Assembly (NCBI GenBank): GCA_000708835.1
Contig: DF237291.1
Coordinates: forward strand, 1 to 64,000
Length of the DNA: 64,000 bases
Source: Klebsormidium nitens
Lineage: Eukaryota; Plantae; Klebsormidiophyceae
Reading direction: 5' to 3'
The notes beneath the pieces are model-generated. The model had not been told where the DNA came from. It made no database searches and worked only from the letters and a program-made list of their open reading frames with translations. Position 1 is the first letter of the stretch. The number at the start of each line of letters is the position of its first letter. The position numbers were made by a program, and so were the translations under genes. Positions 1 to 13,205 of the stretch are shown one piece after another.

Positions 1-138
1 TTGCGAGCGTTCATTTAACACCGAACTTCATTTGGTAGGCCCAGCCTCGATCTGAGCAGACGGTACATCGACCGCCACTGATAACGGTATGTGCGCGGTG
101 CTCAGGCTGGGAAAACTGCCGAACAACTCGGTCCGAAA

Positions 139-179
139 AACGTGATCAGGCCTGATCACGTTCTGATATCATGAGTCAT
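139..179. promoter_or_regulatory. Perfect 24-bp palindrome with two ACGT cores plus a GCN4/AP-1 motif
   Basis: AACGTGATCAGGCCTGATCACGTT at 139-162 and ATGAGTCAT at 171-179, about 250 bp upstream of the bZIP ATG. The sequence is certain; function is inferred. Confidence 0.45.
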
Positions 180-422
180 CTCTGCAGACTGCAGACGGCA
201 TAGAGCAAGCAACTACCGCCGGTATTGCCAATCCATTCTCCAGGCTAGCTGCCTTTGCCATGGGCCATGGCATGAGGTGGTTGCGTCAAACAATTCCTGC
301 TGCGGCTCAATGGGGGCTGGCTTGATGTGAGGGGTTAAGGACGTACTCACTGGAGTTGGTTGGCAGAAAGCATCGTTCATTCATGCAACATCCTTGCGAG
401 CGATCGGCAAAGTGTGGCATAC

Positions 423-1689
423 ATGGAAGGCGGGTTAGACTCTCTGTTTTTGACGGGATATGAGCAGCTTGGCTGGGAGCAGACAGACCCTGCTCTATGG
501 GAACCAGAGCCTCTCGTGGGCGGAAGGATACCTGCTCTTCCCTCGCCACCAAAACTCTCGCTGAACCTGGAGGCTTTCGGAATTCCCGATGCAGACTTTC
601 CGTTGCTGACAATTCCGCTGTATACAAGCACTGCTGACTCGAGCCATGTCTCAGCGGGTGAAAGACTTGATGCTGAAGGAGCCACGTCGTCCCTGGCCGC
701 AGCGGGCGCAGAAGGTAGGGTTTTTGACGTTGAAGGAAAGTTGCATGTAACACTAACTACACTCTGCCTGGTGTGATATTCTGCCACGAGCAACTCTGAA
801 CTGTTGCTAATGCATTTGAGCAACTACTACTTGTTATACTTTCCAATTACATGAGTTGAGTCCTGCTCCCTCACTTCTATTATCTTGCACCGGGGAATGA
901 TGTGATTATAGGAAGCTTGTAAAGTGACAATGTCCTTTGCAGGTCCAGGGAGGGGCAAGCGCGTTGACTCTAGCAAGAATGCGGAGAACAGTTCTTTGCC
1001 AACCGAACCGAAAGACCAGAAGAAGAAGATACGAAGGTATATTCAGGGAACAAGACAGAGTCTTCTGATTTGCTAGGATTGCTTAGTGGCAAGACATAGT
1101 GCACCTGAAGGTTGCGGAAAAGCGTGCCCCCCTTTCGTTGTTGCCCTCTTTCCAAACGTACTGCATCTGGTCAATATTGTGTTGCATTTGGTTGTCATTT
1201 CTAACACTGCGTGCCTGAGTGCTTTGACTGTACGTTCCCCTGCAGGAGGCTTTCGAACCGGGAGTCTGCACGTCGGTCACGAGCGCGGAGACAAAGCCAA
1301 CTGGACACGTTAGAAGTTCAAGTAAGGACCTTCTTCTCCAATGCTAAAGTCTGCTTCTTGTTGCTCAAGCCCGTCTTTGGCAACAGCCAGGTTCTTCTTT
1401 GAGTTTGTTTTAAGTTCAAGGGATGCGTTGAGGGTTAAATCAACATGATATGTTGGCATTTGATCTGGGACAAACCCTGCAGGTTGCGGAGCTGCGGGTA
1501 AGTAATGCAGCACTCTTGAAGAAAGCACAGGATGCTGCCCAGGGCCTAGCAGAGCATTCAAAAAACAACGAAGCCATGAGAGAAGAGATTGCCATGCTGC
1601 GACAAACATTAGACGAGTGGACTCGTCGAGGAGGCCATGTCGAAGAGTTGAAAGAAGTTGAATCTGTTCGGGTGAAGGAGGAGGTCTAG
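423..1689 (+). CDS. bZIP transcription factor, group C/S-like (~222 aa, 4 exons)
   Basis: Exons 423-714, 943-1036, 1246-1321, 1483-1689 with GT-AG borders, in frame. Spliced basic region and zipper: [45 protein letters not shown]. The ATG choice is inferred. Confidence 0.88.
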
Positions 1690-2993
1690 TCCATCAGGTC
1701 GTCGACAGCTACCCTCAGATTTGCTCTATTTCCATGGGATACATGTCTTTAGATCGGGATACACGTCTTCAGGATCGTTTCCACTTTCCAGACCAGTTCA
1801 TTCAGCCACTGTCGTAAGGTCTACTCTTCGTTGCTGACATATGTAGTCAGATATAGCAGAAAGCAAGATAGATATCAAGTGCTCGAGATCATTGGAGAAT
1901 GCTTAAACATGCAAGGCTCTGTAGATAGGACAACTACCTTTTGTGAAGCAAGCTTCGCGCGTATGTTGTGCTTGGAACTCTTCTAGTCAGATTCTTCTAA
2001 TCGTTTCATGGTAAGTGAAAAGTCGCATGCGATACCTTTTTCTCCTCCGATGTCAAGGGGTATGACGATTGGCTGGTGCGATGGGGTAGATGCCTTAAGC
2101 AAGCCTGGTACTACAATAGGAACAGCTTGCAAGCGGATCAGCATGCCTCTCCGATCAGACTTGCTGCCATGCAAATGTGTCCGCATAGTCTGTACGGGTG
2201 CTCCAAGACTTGCACTAAGTTTTGACAGCACGTTTCTTTTCGTTTTCGCCGTAGCTATAGCCACATGTAGGCCACAGACTTCTTATGGCTGGCATGTATG
2301 AAACTAATGCATGTCTGTCAATTGGGGCTACCATATACCACCATGGGCATTCCTGCAGGCTCCGGCGACAAAGAAAGCTATGCCAGATCCAGCTAATCGA
2401 TCTACATATCTGCAGTGCATGCTATTTTGTTCCAACGAGTGCGTGCTGGGCTTAAGACCTCTGGACCAGGATGGTAGCTATATCCATAGGTGCGCACGCT
2501 TGATGGTCTCTACAAAAGCTGTAGCCAACTTTCAACGCGGCCATATTTAAATACAGGCCGCCTTCTCGTCCTTAGCATTACACAACTATACCAGCTCAGC
2601 ACCGCAATTTGCCGTTCTGATACACCAATGGCGGCTGTGAAGAAGATTGCATGCATGGATGGACAACTACACCGGGGGCCGGCCACCTTGGGTACCGCCA
2701 AGGATCAAAGGTCCATGCCATGCCTTGTACAGATGCGGAATTGAGACTATGGCAGCGGCCGCCTCTTCTTCATCATGAGCTGGACCAGAGAAGCTTGTGT
2801 ACGCAGCTTTCCAAGCGGAAGTGCGACGAGGAAGGCAAACGCGGCCCACCAGCCATCAGTTTCCCTCGGCATCTTCCGTGACCAGCTACCATGTGGGGCA
2901 TGCAGGCGACCGAGCACACAGTTTTGATCACCACAAAAACAGTTTTGAATGCACCCCTTCGAGACACCTTTAAGCTCACAGCTCACCGAAATT

Positions 2994-5900
2994 TCACAAT
3001 TTTGAGGAAGTCCTATTGCCTACTGGTATCGCCCAGTGTTCCGCCACTCGATCGGGCCATGTCGAGTCCACCGCATCCCCCGAGTCCCCAAACCTGTCCT
3101 CCATAAGATCTTCCGATATGTGACTAGGGATCCTGTGGCGGCTCAGAATGCCTTCAGAAGCTCGCTTGGCTTCGTCAAAGTTCAACACCATGACCCTCTC
3201 GTCGTCTAAGTCGAAGCGCACGTGCTTTTCCGTACAACCCTCAACCAGCCGCCGCAGGTGCCTAAGATTCCTAACGTCTATGCCGTTTACCTTCTTTACC
3301 TGGAAGCAAGATTGTCTCATTGTCATTCAACGGAATTTGGACGCGTGCATATGGCGCAGGCCCAATGAGCAGGAACAAAAGGTGAAAGCTCAAGCAGCTG
3401 GTGATTGATCAGCGTTGCTGGGTCTTCGCATAAACAGTTGGCTAGTTCAAGACGAAAACGAGCAAATACGGCAAAATGCTCCATCTGGTGCACGCAGTCC
3501 ACGGAACCAAAAACGGACGAGGTCTGCACAACCCATGAGGAGGGCATGCAAAATTGGGAAGAAGTGGACGGCAAAAGATACAAACTTTCCTCCCTACCTG
3601 TAAATCTGCTAAAGTCTGGTAGCCTGAGTTGATGTCATCGATAAGGACCTGCGGGAAGAGGGATTTTCAAAGCTTTCTCAGGCCAATATAACGTCTCTTT
3701 TGCCATTTTCGATTTACGAGTCGGTTCATACAGTAAAGCACGCGGGCCTTCGAAGGCGTACTTATTAGGTGCTTTAAGCCCGCCAATACCCTCTAGCATG
3801 TCCTGTTAGAGCAGGCCTTGAAAGTATCGACCCGCTCTTGAGCCTCAAGTCGAGCTGCGGGTCCGCCATAAGGACACAAATACCAACCCGAACCGAAAAC
3901 AAGGGTTGTATTGCTGACACTCAACAACCCAACCCACTTTGAAACATGCTCTTCTGACCCAGGAACAAGAGAAGCACACAACCGAGGCCGACAGTCATAA
4001 ACTGCGCTGGTCTGCCAGAGGAAGTTCTTGAGACAACGCTTAACCAGCTTCAAGGAGGTCTACAGCAGCGATAGCCCCCCTGGCCGGCGGCGCGCCTGAC
4101 CTGCGAGAGGATGACCATCTGCTCGCCCTCCTGGGTGGGCAGGGAGCGCATGGCGCGCTCGCAGAGGCGGCGCGGGGACGTGTTGTACCAGTCGTCGCCG
4201 TACTCGTGCAGGTACGGCTGCGTCAGCGGCACGAACACCAGGCCCGCAAAGATGAAGTAGCTCGGCAGCTTGTCGTACTGGTGGATCGGGACCAGCGCCT
4301 TCACCTGCGCGGCACGACCGACGAGGTTCTGCGAATAAAAACCTTGGACACCGCTGTTGAGCCTTTGCCATGTCAAGAGCGCAGTACATTTCGCTTCCTT
4401 GGACTTGCTTACCCCGCCCAAAGTGCATTGCTACGACGTGAGCGGTGGACCACGGATAAGAAACCATGTTCGGTCTCTTGATTTCTTAGCTGATCGGAGG
4501 GGCAATAAACCAAAGCCCCGAATAATACAAACCTCCCTGGTCGGTCTACGACGTGGACTCGAGCACATTCTCGAAGATGCGCAGGCACCATGTCCGACCG
4601 CATGATCTCGGATAGCAGTAGAGGCAGGGCCGCAAAAGCAGGCTGCGGCGCTGGCATTCGCCCTTACCGGGTTGACCTCCACTTCGAGGTCGAGCTCTTT
4701 GCCGTCCCGCAGGACCTTGACCACCGCTGTCTCGCCCGCCTTCTTCATGGCCACCAGGTGGTCGAACGAGATGCGCTCCCGCTTGCGGAAGCTGACTGCA
4801 AAGCGAACAACAAGTGAGCAAGCCTTCAGAGTTTTAGAAACTACTTATCCGCGATGTCCGATTTGCCGCACGGGCTGGTCTTGCAGAATTACCGGCTTCC
4901 AGGACTTTCGGGATAAATTTCTGGGAATGACGGCAGCCAGTGATACCAAGTGATTCTGCCCCAGGCTAGGTAGGACTGTGGGCTCGACGGTGTCCAACAC
5001 CAGGTCACTCGAACAGACTTCGGGCCCGGCTTGTCGTCCTACCGGCACCATCTTCAATCGGCCGAGCGCTGGCAAACCTACGAAGGTCCTGAGCAGGAGC
5101 CTTGGCACTGCTTTCGGTTGGTGCTTCACCTGTTCCGTCGTTGGCGATGGGCACGCCGTCGAAGGCCATGAGGACGTCGTCCTTGCGGATGTGGTTGTGG
5201 GAGTCGGTGAGCGACTGCACCCGGTTGACCAGCACGCCCGTCATGCCGGGCCGCATGCCCAGGTGGTCGCGCAGCTGCGCGTTCTCCAGCTGCTGGCAGC
5301 TCAGGCCCAGGCCGCAGAAGCCGACGTAGTGCCCCGTCTCCTGGACGTCCTCCAGAAAGTGCTGGATCACCGGCACCGGGATGATGTACCTGCAGCGACG
5401 CACCAGCACGAGCAGCGCGCTCAGTATTGGTTAGGACGTATAGACGGAGAGTGAGAATAAAGATCGATCCAAAGCATTGGCCAGAAAGAACAATCCAGCA
5501 CACCGAAAGAAAAGTCTTCGCCAATCTGCCGTTTAGACTGCAAAAAGCTGTGTGATCGAGGGAGATCGGGTGCCCATGAAAGTATGTAAAGTGCACCACT
5601 TCGACGAAGCTGCCTATGACTGTCTAGCGTCTCCAAACGGAACTGACTGACTGAGATCGTCACAGGCCCGCAAAGAAGTGGATCGACGTTTTCATCGGAG
5701 TCGAATTAGAGCATGACTACCCTCGCTGGATGTCCGTCACGGCCAACGATAAGACCATCCTTCGTCCTCGAAAGAGAACCGACAGCTTGTGAAGCCTCCA
5801 TCGATCCTGGCAGCACCCTGTCTCGTCGTCGAAGCATGAACAAGGACCGAGGTGGTCACCCGCTCACCCGATGCTGTCTGCTTCCCGCAGATTTTGAAAC

Positions 5901-8088
5901 GCCACACCCACAACCTTCCAATTGGAGTTCATGCCCCCAGAGCCAAAGTCCATGACTGCGGGCCCTCCGCTGTTTCCCGGGTTGATGGCAGCGTCGATCT
6001 GGACCGCCAGTAGGAGGCCCGCCCCATGCGCGTACTGTGTCAGCTCCACGCGTGATACCACCCCTGCTGTCACGGAGATGTTGTCACCGCCTGAACAGAG
6101 AAGTTGAACATTCGTGATCGGCTACCCCCGAAATGCCACGAACGACAGAAGTTTTGACCAACGGCAAGTATTAGAGAACGGCTTTGTCCCTCGGCGAACT
6201 TGTTTGCCTCACATGCTCAATGGGAGGAATTTCTTGTCCGGACAGAATCGAACATCCTCTGTATACACAACGCATCAAAAGTGCTGCCCAATGGCTCAAG
6301 GTGCATGTGCCTTTCAAGCTCTCTGCTAATCCACCAGGAATCGTGAGACTATCCACATTGATGAACGCAGGTCGTTTCTAAGACCGGAACGAAGCAGATC
6401 TGACCCAAGACAAGTCGTCTTCGTTTTGTTACAGAATTGAACCTAGCAGTGTCTCCAGATTGTCTTCCAAACAAACACTCGGCACTCGGAACAAACTTTT
6501 CTGTCACGATTCTCGCAGAACAAGCCGCTCTGAAACCCCCACCTTGCGGGTAGCCCACAACGGCCACTTGTTCCTGCAGCTGCGGGATCTCCCCGAACTC
6601 AAGGGGGTGCATGCCCTCCCAGAAGTCGTCGTTGGGGACCTTGAGCACGGCCAGGTCACACTCATGCCCCACCGCCTCCACCTCCGCGCGGTACTTGGTG
6701 CTGGTGCCGTGCTTGCGCACCAGCACAAACGTCTGGTTGGCCACCACGTGTGCGTTGGTTAGGATGCGCTGCCCTGATATCACAAACCCTGCAGGGACAG
6801 AATGTGTGAGCAGGGGCTAATACGACGGACTCTCTGTGCAACAACGAAGTAATCTTTGCGACTTGATTGCATGGCGGCAAGATCACAGTTTCGAACACTG
6901 AAGTGGCCCAAGGGCCTCGAGACATTTGGCGTCCCAGAAACAGTAGCAATCCGAAATAAGACTGCCAGAACTGACTCGATGGGCTGGAACAATTCTTTTT
7001 TTTGAACTCTGGAATTGTATGGATGGGCCTCCTCAAGAATCATAATGAGAACTGCAGTTGATGAAGTAGTGGTGGGGTACTTCGAGTTGAAATCAGGCCC
7101 AAAGTAGAGTAGTCGATGCCCAATACTGCTGCGTGCAGGAACTTTTCTGAAAAATCCACGCACAATTCCCGTACGTTTGGAACGCAGAGTACCAAACGGC
7201 AATGAGCAGGGAACCGCGTAGCTCACCTGAGCCAGAGACTTCCCGCTGCGGCTTGTTTTGCCATGGCAGGAAGTAGTTCGGACTTGACGTGACGGTGAAG
7301 ATCTTGACGACTGCATCGAGTGGAGGGGGGCTGGCCAGGAAGGGCATCATGGCATTGGGGTAGCTGTGGAGGGGCACCGGGGGGCCAGTGTGGGCTGTCG
7401 GAACCAGGTCGGCTGCCTCGGGGGGGTCCACCAGCTGGTCCCCATCATCGCCAAGGAACCTGGTGTAGTGCGAGCGAGCGCCGGCCACTTTCCAGCAAGT
7501 GGCGCGAGCTGTGCGGAGCGGTTGGCTTGAAAAGGGCGACGGCGAGGTCAAGCTAGAAGAAGAGAGATACTTGGAGGAGGCTCCGCGAAAAAGTGTCCGG
7601 AAAGTGTCATGGCTGGCCCACGCTGAGCCGCTCGGTGGTAATGGTGGACGAATACTGAGCGCCCGCGTGCTCTTAGCGGCCACCGTTTGTATTGAATCGA
7701 AGACAGCCGGAGGGGACAATCCGTGCGAAGGGGCTTCGAGGAACATCTCCAGTGCAGGGACACCGCTTGCGCTTTCAAGAAATGGCGAATGCTCCACAGC
7801 AGGTCGGCTCACAGAAAGCCCCCAGCGCACCTTTGACTGAAGCGTAATTTCCAAAGGTCGTTTTAGCGCCGAGCCGTATGTCTGGTTGACGCTGCTTCTG
7901 ACGCCAGATGTATTCAGCGCTGACGCCAGTTCTCCCTTCAGAACAGAAGTAGCTGCAGAATTGTTGGAGACGTGCCTACCAGAGGGTGCACTCCCCTCCG
8001 CAAAGAAAGACAGCTCACGCAAAAAGCGACCGCCCCAAGGAAGTGCCCACTCGGCCGCAGCGCGCCTCCGGAGAACACCCGAAAGCAT
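2994..8088 (-). CDS. DEG10: Deg/HtrA serine protease, DEG10-like, with PDZ domains (~759 aa, 8 exons)
   Basis: Exons 8088-7227, 6788-6543, 6090-5868, 5389-5130, 4795-4668, 4304-4101, 3648-3598 (51-bp exon [17 protein letters not shown], absent from the ORF track), 3299-2994. Intact triad NAHVV / ECDLA / GNSGG. Motifs [22 protein letters not shown] and [23 protein letters not shown] match plant DEG10. Arg-rich N-terminus resembles a mitochondrial presequence. Confidence 0.93.
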
Positions 8089-8834
8089 GCTCTATGTGCG
8101 CGACACTCCTACGTAAGCCTGTTCTGGTCCGACCTCTTCTGTTTCAACTATCAAGGCGAGAGGACACACTTCAGTGCCACCCCATTGGTGCAATGGTGCT
8201 TGAGCAGCGAGTCAGAAAGTCCTAGGCAAAGTAGGCACAACGACGTCCCAATCAACTCAGCAGATTCTGAGCCGAGGCCCAGGGCCAGGGCGAAGGCCCA
8301 TGCCCAGGGGGTACCTAGGATACTCCAGCAAGAAGCTGAACCCTGACCAGACTGGTTAGTTTTTGAAGAACCGGCCTCCGGCCGCTGAAAGTGTCAGATC
8401 GATACTGGCGATCTTCCCCCTGGGCCTTAATCACAAAGTGCCGGTGAGCGGTCGGGTTCAAGGTACTCTGATGTCCGACAACAGAAGGCGTTCGAACCCC
8501 TAAAAAGAATCCCGAGGCAGGGGTTCAGGATCAAGTCAGGAATCAGGATCGAGCAGCTGCTGCTCAGGAGGATTAGCATGCAGGCTCAGCAGCTCACAAC
8601 TTTCTGTGGCAGCTACAACTAAGTGTTGCAAGCAGTGGGAGAGTGGCGCGCCCCTAGGCCTCGGGCCATCAAGCAGCAGTGCGCTGACTACTGTGTAGCT
8701 GGTTTGGTGATATATTCCTGCGGAGACGTGCAAGGGGAGTGTTTGATGTTCTCTGCATGCTACCACTCCCGCACTGGCAGCCTGTAGTGGGTGATTGACA
8801 TCAAGCGAAGACATCACCATATTCACTAGCTGCA

Positions 8835-9770
8835 ATGCATGCCACGGCACGGCTCCCCTCGAGGTGTTCATTTCAGAACTGCCAAAACGTAAGCTTCAGC
8901 CACGGCAGGCCCAATGTTGTTTCGTTTTTATGGTTGTCCTCCTTGTCACCGAATGGTTTGAAACTTAAGGCGCCTTTGTGCAAGGGCGAAAGCGCCACAA
9001 GGGGAAGTCCTCAACAGGTGGCAATTATAGCAAGCAAACACTGTTCTTACTCCAAACAGAAAGGTTTTCCCAGCAATTTCAGCCACCAGACACAAGGAAA
9101 CGGCTTGGCAACAACCGGGCGATACTTACAGTCACATTGGCAGCAAAGGCAGTCACGGGAAGGGCACACTACTGTTCCAGGGGCTACAAATGATAAGGTC
9201 GAAGGAGACGTCACATCTTTGACTGGCGAGGTGAGGCAACAAACACGACAATTTTCTATGCATCCAAAGACACCAAATGTTCCCGGTTGTGTTTCTAAGA
9301 ATTGAGTTTGCAACGCAGACTGCTTGTACGGAGCGATTTGGAAGGGGCACACTCTCGCCTCTTGAAGTCATTGCGGTGGGGTGATTCCTCGCTCATGAAG
9401 TTTGCTATTTGCCTTTGATCTTCGCAACAGCCATGATTGCCTGGTTTGGCCATCATCAATGGGTTTGGAAAGATAAGCAGATTCTCCTATTCATGTGATC
9501 AAGGCACAATAGAGCTGGCTGTCATCGCCGACAAGAGTGTGCCACTAGCTGGGTAGAAACTGACTTTCTAAACCTTGGTTGCAGGACGTCCAATACCTGC
9601 TCAAGTTGTTTGCCAGTTGCACTGTCGGCGCCATCGTTGTGAAGTATGGTAGCATTCTTTTGCCGGGGCTCACAACGCCCAATCTCGTTCAAGCAGTTTT
9701 TATGATCTTTGCTCCATGTCTTGTAGTCGCAATGTTACTACAAATACAAAGTAATAAAGGCTCCAAGTGA
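8835..9770 (+). CDS. Small plastid-type two-TM membrane protein of unknown function (~193 aa)
   Basis: Exons 8835-9230 and 9585-9770. Spliced junction SLTGE|DVQYLLKLFASCTVGAIVVKYGSILLPGLTTPNLVQAVFMIFAP resembles a conserved uncharacterised plant protein I recall. Ser/Arg-rich N-terminus. Start uncertain. Confidence 0.68.
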
Positions 9771-11733
9771 TGAATCCGCATATACCAACTCCAGAAGAGC
9801 CATGGGTGGGGGTGACCGTACTTGAACATGCTGAAATCCTGACTTGGTAAACATGAAGGCGTCGTCACCATCATCAAAAGCCAGAAACATGTCCCTCATC
9901 TTCGACAAAGACATGTCGTTGCCGACACTCCTTGTACGCCTTTGCACGAGGGCATGGGCCAATTGAGAGGCAACATAGTTAACCCTGCGGAAGTTAAGTG
10001 GACAGCGATCCCCATGCTCTCGAAGACTGCAAGGCTGCATTCAAGCCCTGCAGCACGCAACAAAAAGTGCAGATTCCATGAAAATCCATCTTAGGGAAAG
10101 GATTTTTTTGTTGGTGCAATAATCTGGCCACAAGCAGCTCATCATGTGGAGACTGCTGACTGGCATATGCGGCAGCCGCGAGGTGAGTTTTCCAAAGTCG
10201 AGTTTGAGGCGAAAATTTGGTTAGTAAGGGGTGAAATTTTATATAATCTGTGTTATCTGTCCCCGCGGCGGCCCACGGTGGGCGGGCCGCCGCGCCTGGG
10301 CACGCCGCACGGCCACGTTTCGGAACGTTCAATGCGTGGGGGGCCCATAGTCAGACTGGCTCTCTCTGGCCAGCCGACTTCGGCCCAGGGTTGTTTATGG
10401 GATGCCTGTATCAGGGCCGGTAATATCTTTTGCGTTTTGTGTCGACTGCTTTAGTGCCATACCTGTTTTGTGTGCGAGACGCAACGTAAGCTTATGTGTG
10501 CCCAAAGGGTTTATTCTGGATTCGAAGCCTCGTGGCTTCAAATCTTTGTGCCAGGATTATCATGTAGGGCAGAAGTTTCCGTTTTCCTCGCGGCCTTATT
10601 GGTTGTTCGTTCTGACGCGCTGCCTCAATGTGGTAGTATTTTCCAGATCCCACGTTAGGAAGTTGGGGGATCTGTTGCGTATTGTCATTGGCATCTCGAA
10701 CCGTGTGTGTGGTCTCAGCGGCAGGTTCTGCCAAGGGTGCGGTGCCGTCAACTTTCCTGGGGACAGTGGGATCGAGAGGGATCGCGGATTTTAGGGAAAG
10801 GATATCAGCAGTTATATCATGCATATTAGTGTTCTAATGCATTACTGTTCTAGTGTGTTTCATCCATGAATCCAGAATTGATTGTAGTAGCACTAGGGCA
10901 TGGTATTGGCCGGAACGCAATAACGACCCCAAGACATTGAACACGCAATGTCTTGGAACTTGCAGTTCTTTGAAGCAACTTTGACAATGTCAAAATTCAA
11001 GTGGTATCTGAGACATCCATTGATATGGGTTGAGCGCTGCACTAGATGACTTGCGGTTATGACATACAGAAGCCCGATGATTCAAGCCTAAGAACAACAT
11101 AATACGAGCATAATACGAAGAGCAGAGCTGATATTCGAGACATGTTGACTTCTCTACAAGCCCATGCACCATCAAAGGCATGGGGCTCTGGTGGGGCCGT
11201 TTTACATGCATCCAGGGGCATTCCACGACATGGTTGTGCCATTGTGCACCCGTCGTGCTGTACCACGTTACGTGCCTCACTTTATGCACTTAATGATGGT
11301 AACTTACGGTTTATTAACGCCCTGAGCCACATAGAGCCATCGGGCAAAGTCTGCCGGTGAGACCGGGACGGTACAATGAGTCGATTCTGCAGCTTGCTAC
11401 GGCTGCAAGTCATGTCCAGTATCCTAGAATCCTACTCTACGGCACCCACATGATCATTACCCTTGATAACATGCTTGTAGGTATAGAGTTTATCTGACTA
11501 GCGTGCACTACTGACTGTGGAGACCTAACGCGACGGATGATTGGAGTCTGCTAAGCTTGGCTGCTTGACAACACCTTATTGACTTGTGGGCCTTGGTTCT
11601 GTGAAGCAACTGCTTGGAGCTTGTTGCCAATGTTTGAACCTGACAGGATGTCGTCTGCAGTTGCTTGGACTCTCCATCGCCGCGCGGTCTCCACAGGGGC
11701 ATTAAGCCCAATGTCAGTGCACGCCTGCAAGGT

Positions 11734-11951
11734 AGTTGCAATGCTTGTTTTACATGGGCCATTAAAAACCTTCCTGGACGTGGAGAAGGAAAAGGTACCA
11801 TGCTTGAGTTGCAAAGAAGCAGATTGATGTGCTTAAGTCTGGAGTTGCAATGCTTGTTTTACATGGGCCATTAAAAACCTTCCCGGACGTGGAGAAGGAA
11901 AAGGTACCATGCTTGAGTTGCAAAGAAGCAGATTGATGTGCTTAAGTCTGG
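11734..11951. repeat. Tandem duplication, 2 x 109 bp
   Basis: Unit AGTTGCAATGCTTGTTTTACATGGGCC...GTGCTTAAGTCTGG starts at 11734 and 11843. I see one mismatch (CCTGG vs CCCGG). Confidence 0.92.
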
Positions 11952-13017
11952 TCATGCAAAGGCTTTCAAGAGCTTGATAAATGTTGGTGGTTGTCAGGTT
12001 GTTCAAGCCTTTTTGCTTTGATATGATGCACGTATTCACAATGCTTGAAGCCAAACCTTTGATTGAGTGGCAATTTTTTTGGGGGTTTTGCTCTATGCCT
12101 TTCAATAATCAGAATGAACATGCTCAGCAGGGCACAGCTGGCTTGCAATGATTTTTGGGTGGGCAACCAGACTTTTCTGTGCACGCCGACACAAATGAGT
12201 CTGGCAGATGTTTACTGATGCAAAGATGCACTTCCAGGACATGTGAAGTAGATGGACAAGGTTGCACCATCGTTGACTTGAATGCTTCAACAAGCAAGTG
12301 AATAAGCCGCCTTCCCCTCTGGTATTTGCTTAGCGTCAGATCTGCCGGTTGCAACATGGTTGGCAACTTGTGTGCACAGCAAAGATCAGCAAAGGCAGAA
12401 CCCAAGTGAATAGTGGAGAGAAAGGACAACTCCCCTTCATGCTGGCAAGCTCTTACATCGGAAGCACCCTTGTGTCCATTGTCAAGTGGAATGTCTGGGG
12501 CCCAGGTATGCGCACGCGTTTCAGAGGCTGCCTGCATCCCTTGAATCAGTTGCCAATTTGGAGCCATGAGCTCTGGAGCTGCACCACCTCAACCTCTGTG
12601 TCTTGCGGCTCTATACGCAATACTGAGGCGCCAGCAGGGCATTGCCACTAATTGGATGTGGCAGGTTCTCAATGATGCAAAGTGTCAGCGCCTTGCTTGC
12701 AGTGGCAGCTCCTTGCATCTCTAAGGTTGTAGGAGAGGCTCAGTTGCAGTTGGGCAGCCTGCTTGTATTTTTAATGATCGTAGGGGAGGCTCGAGGATTT
12801 CTTGGATCATCGTCAACAGTCTGTAGCCGTCCGTTTGTAAGATCGGTGAGTATCTACGCTCACATCTCAACAAAATCCAGAAAAAGTACCAGTCAGTGGC
12901 AGTCACCACTGACGCAAGAGCCTGAGGCACAAAGTTGACGAATAAAATTTGGGAGAATCGGACACGGACGCCATTGGTGGACGCCGGAAAAGTGCCCGGC
13001 TAACACCAAACCGAACG

Positions 13018-13161
13018 AAAACCCTAAGGTCAGTGGCTTAGCCGTTAGTGGGAACCCTAGTCTGAGAGCAGTCACAGGGAAGGGACGCGACCCTAACAAA
13101 CCGTCTCAGTAGTGGCGTAAACCTAACATACTGTCACTACCTTGTGACCTGTAAACCCTAA
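13018..13161. repeat. Five spaced telo-box-like ACCCTA motifs
   Basis: AAAACCCTAA 13018, GAACCCTAG 13052, GACCCTAA 13089, AAACCTAA 13119, AAACCCTAA 13153, spaced 30-36 bp apart. Confidence 0.5.
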
Positions 13162-13205
13162 TGTCACTCATAGTGCCCGGTTACTTCTGCGCTTGGCAAG
13201 GATGG

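Noticed and set aside
259-324. Possible uORF (MGHGMRWLRQTIPAAAQWGLA) before the bZIP
   Set aside because: No similarity to the conserved S1-bZIP sucrose-control peptide, and the TSS is unknown.
8445-8505. B-box-like GTTCGAACCC
   Set aside because: No cloverleaf and no convincing A-box.
9767-9843. C/D snoRNA-like GTGATGA...CTGA
   Set aside because: The C box coincides with the stop codon of the upstream gene and there is no terminal stem. A similar candidate near 40067-40113 is too short.
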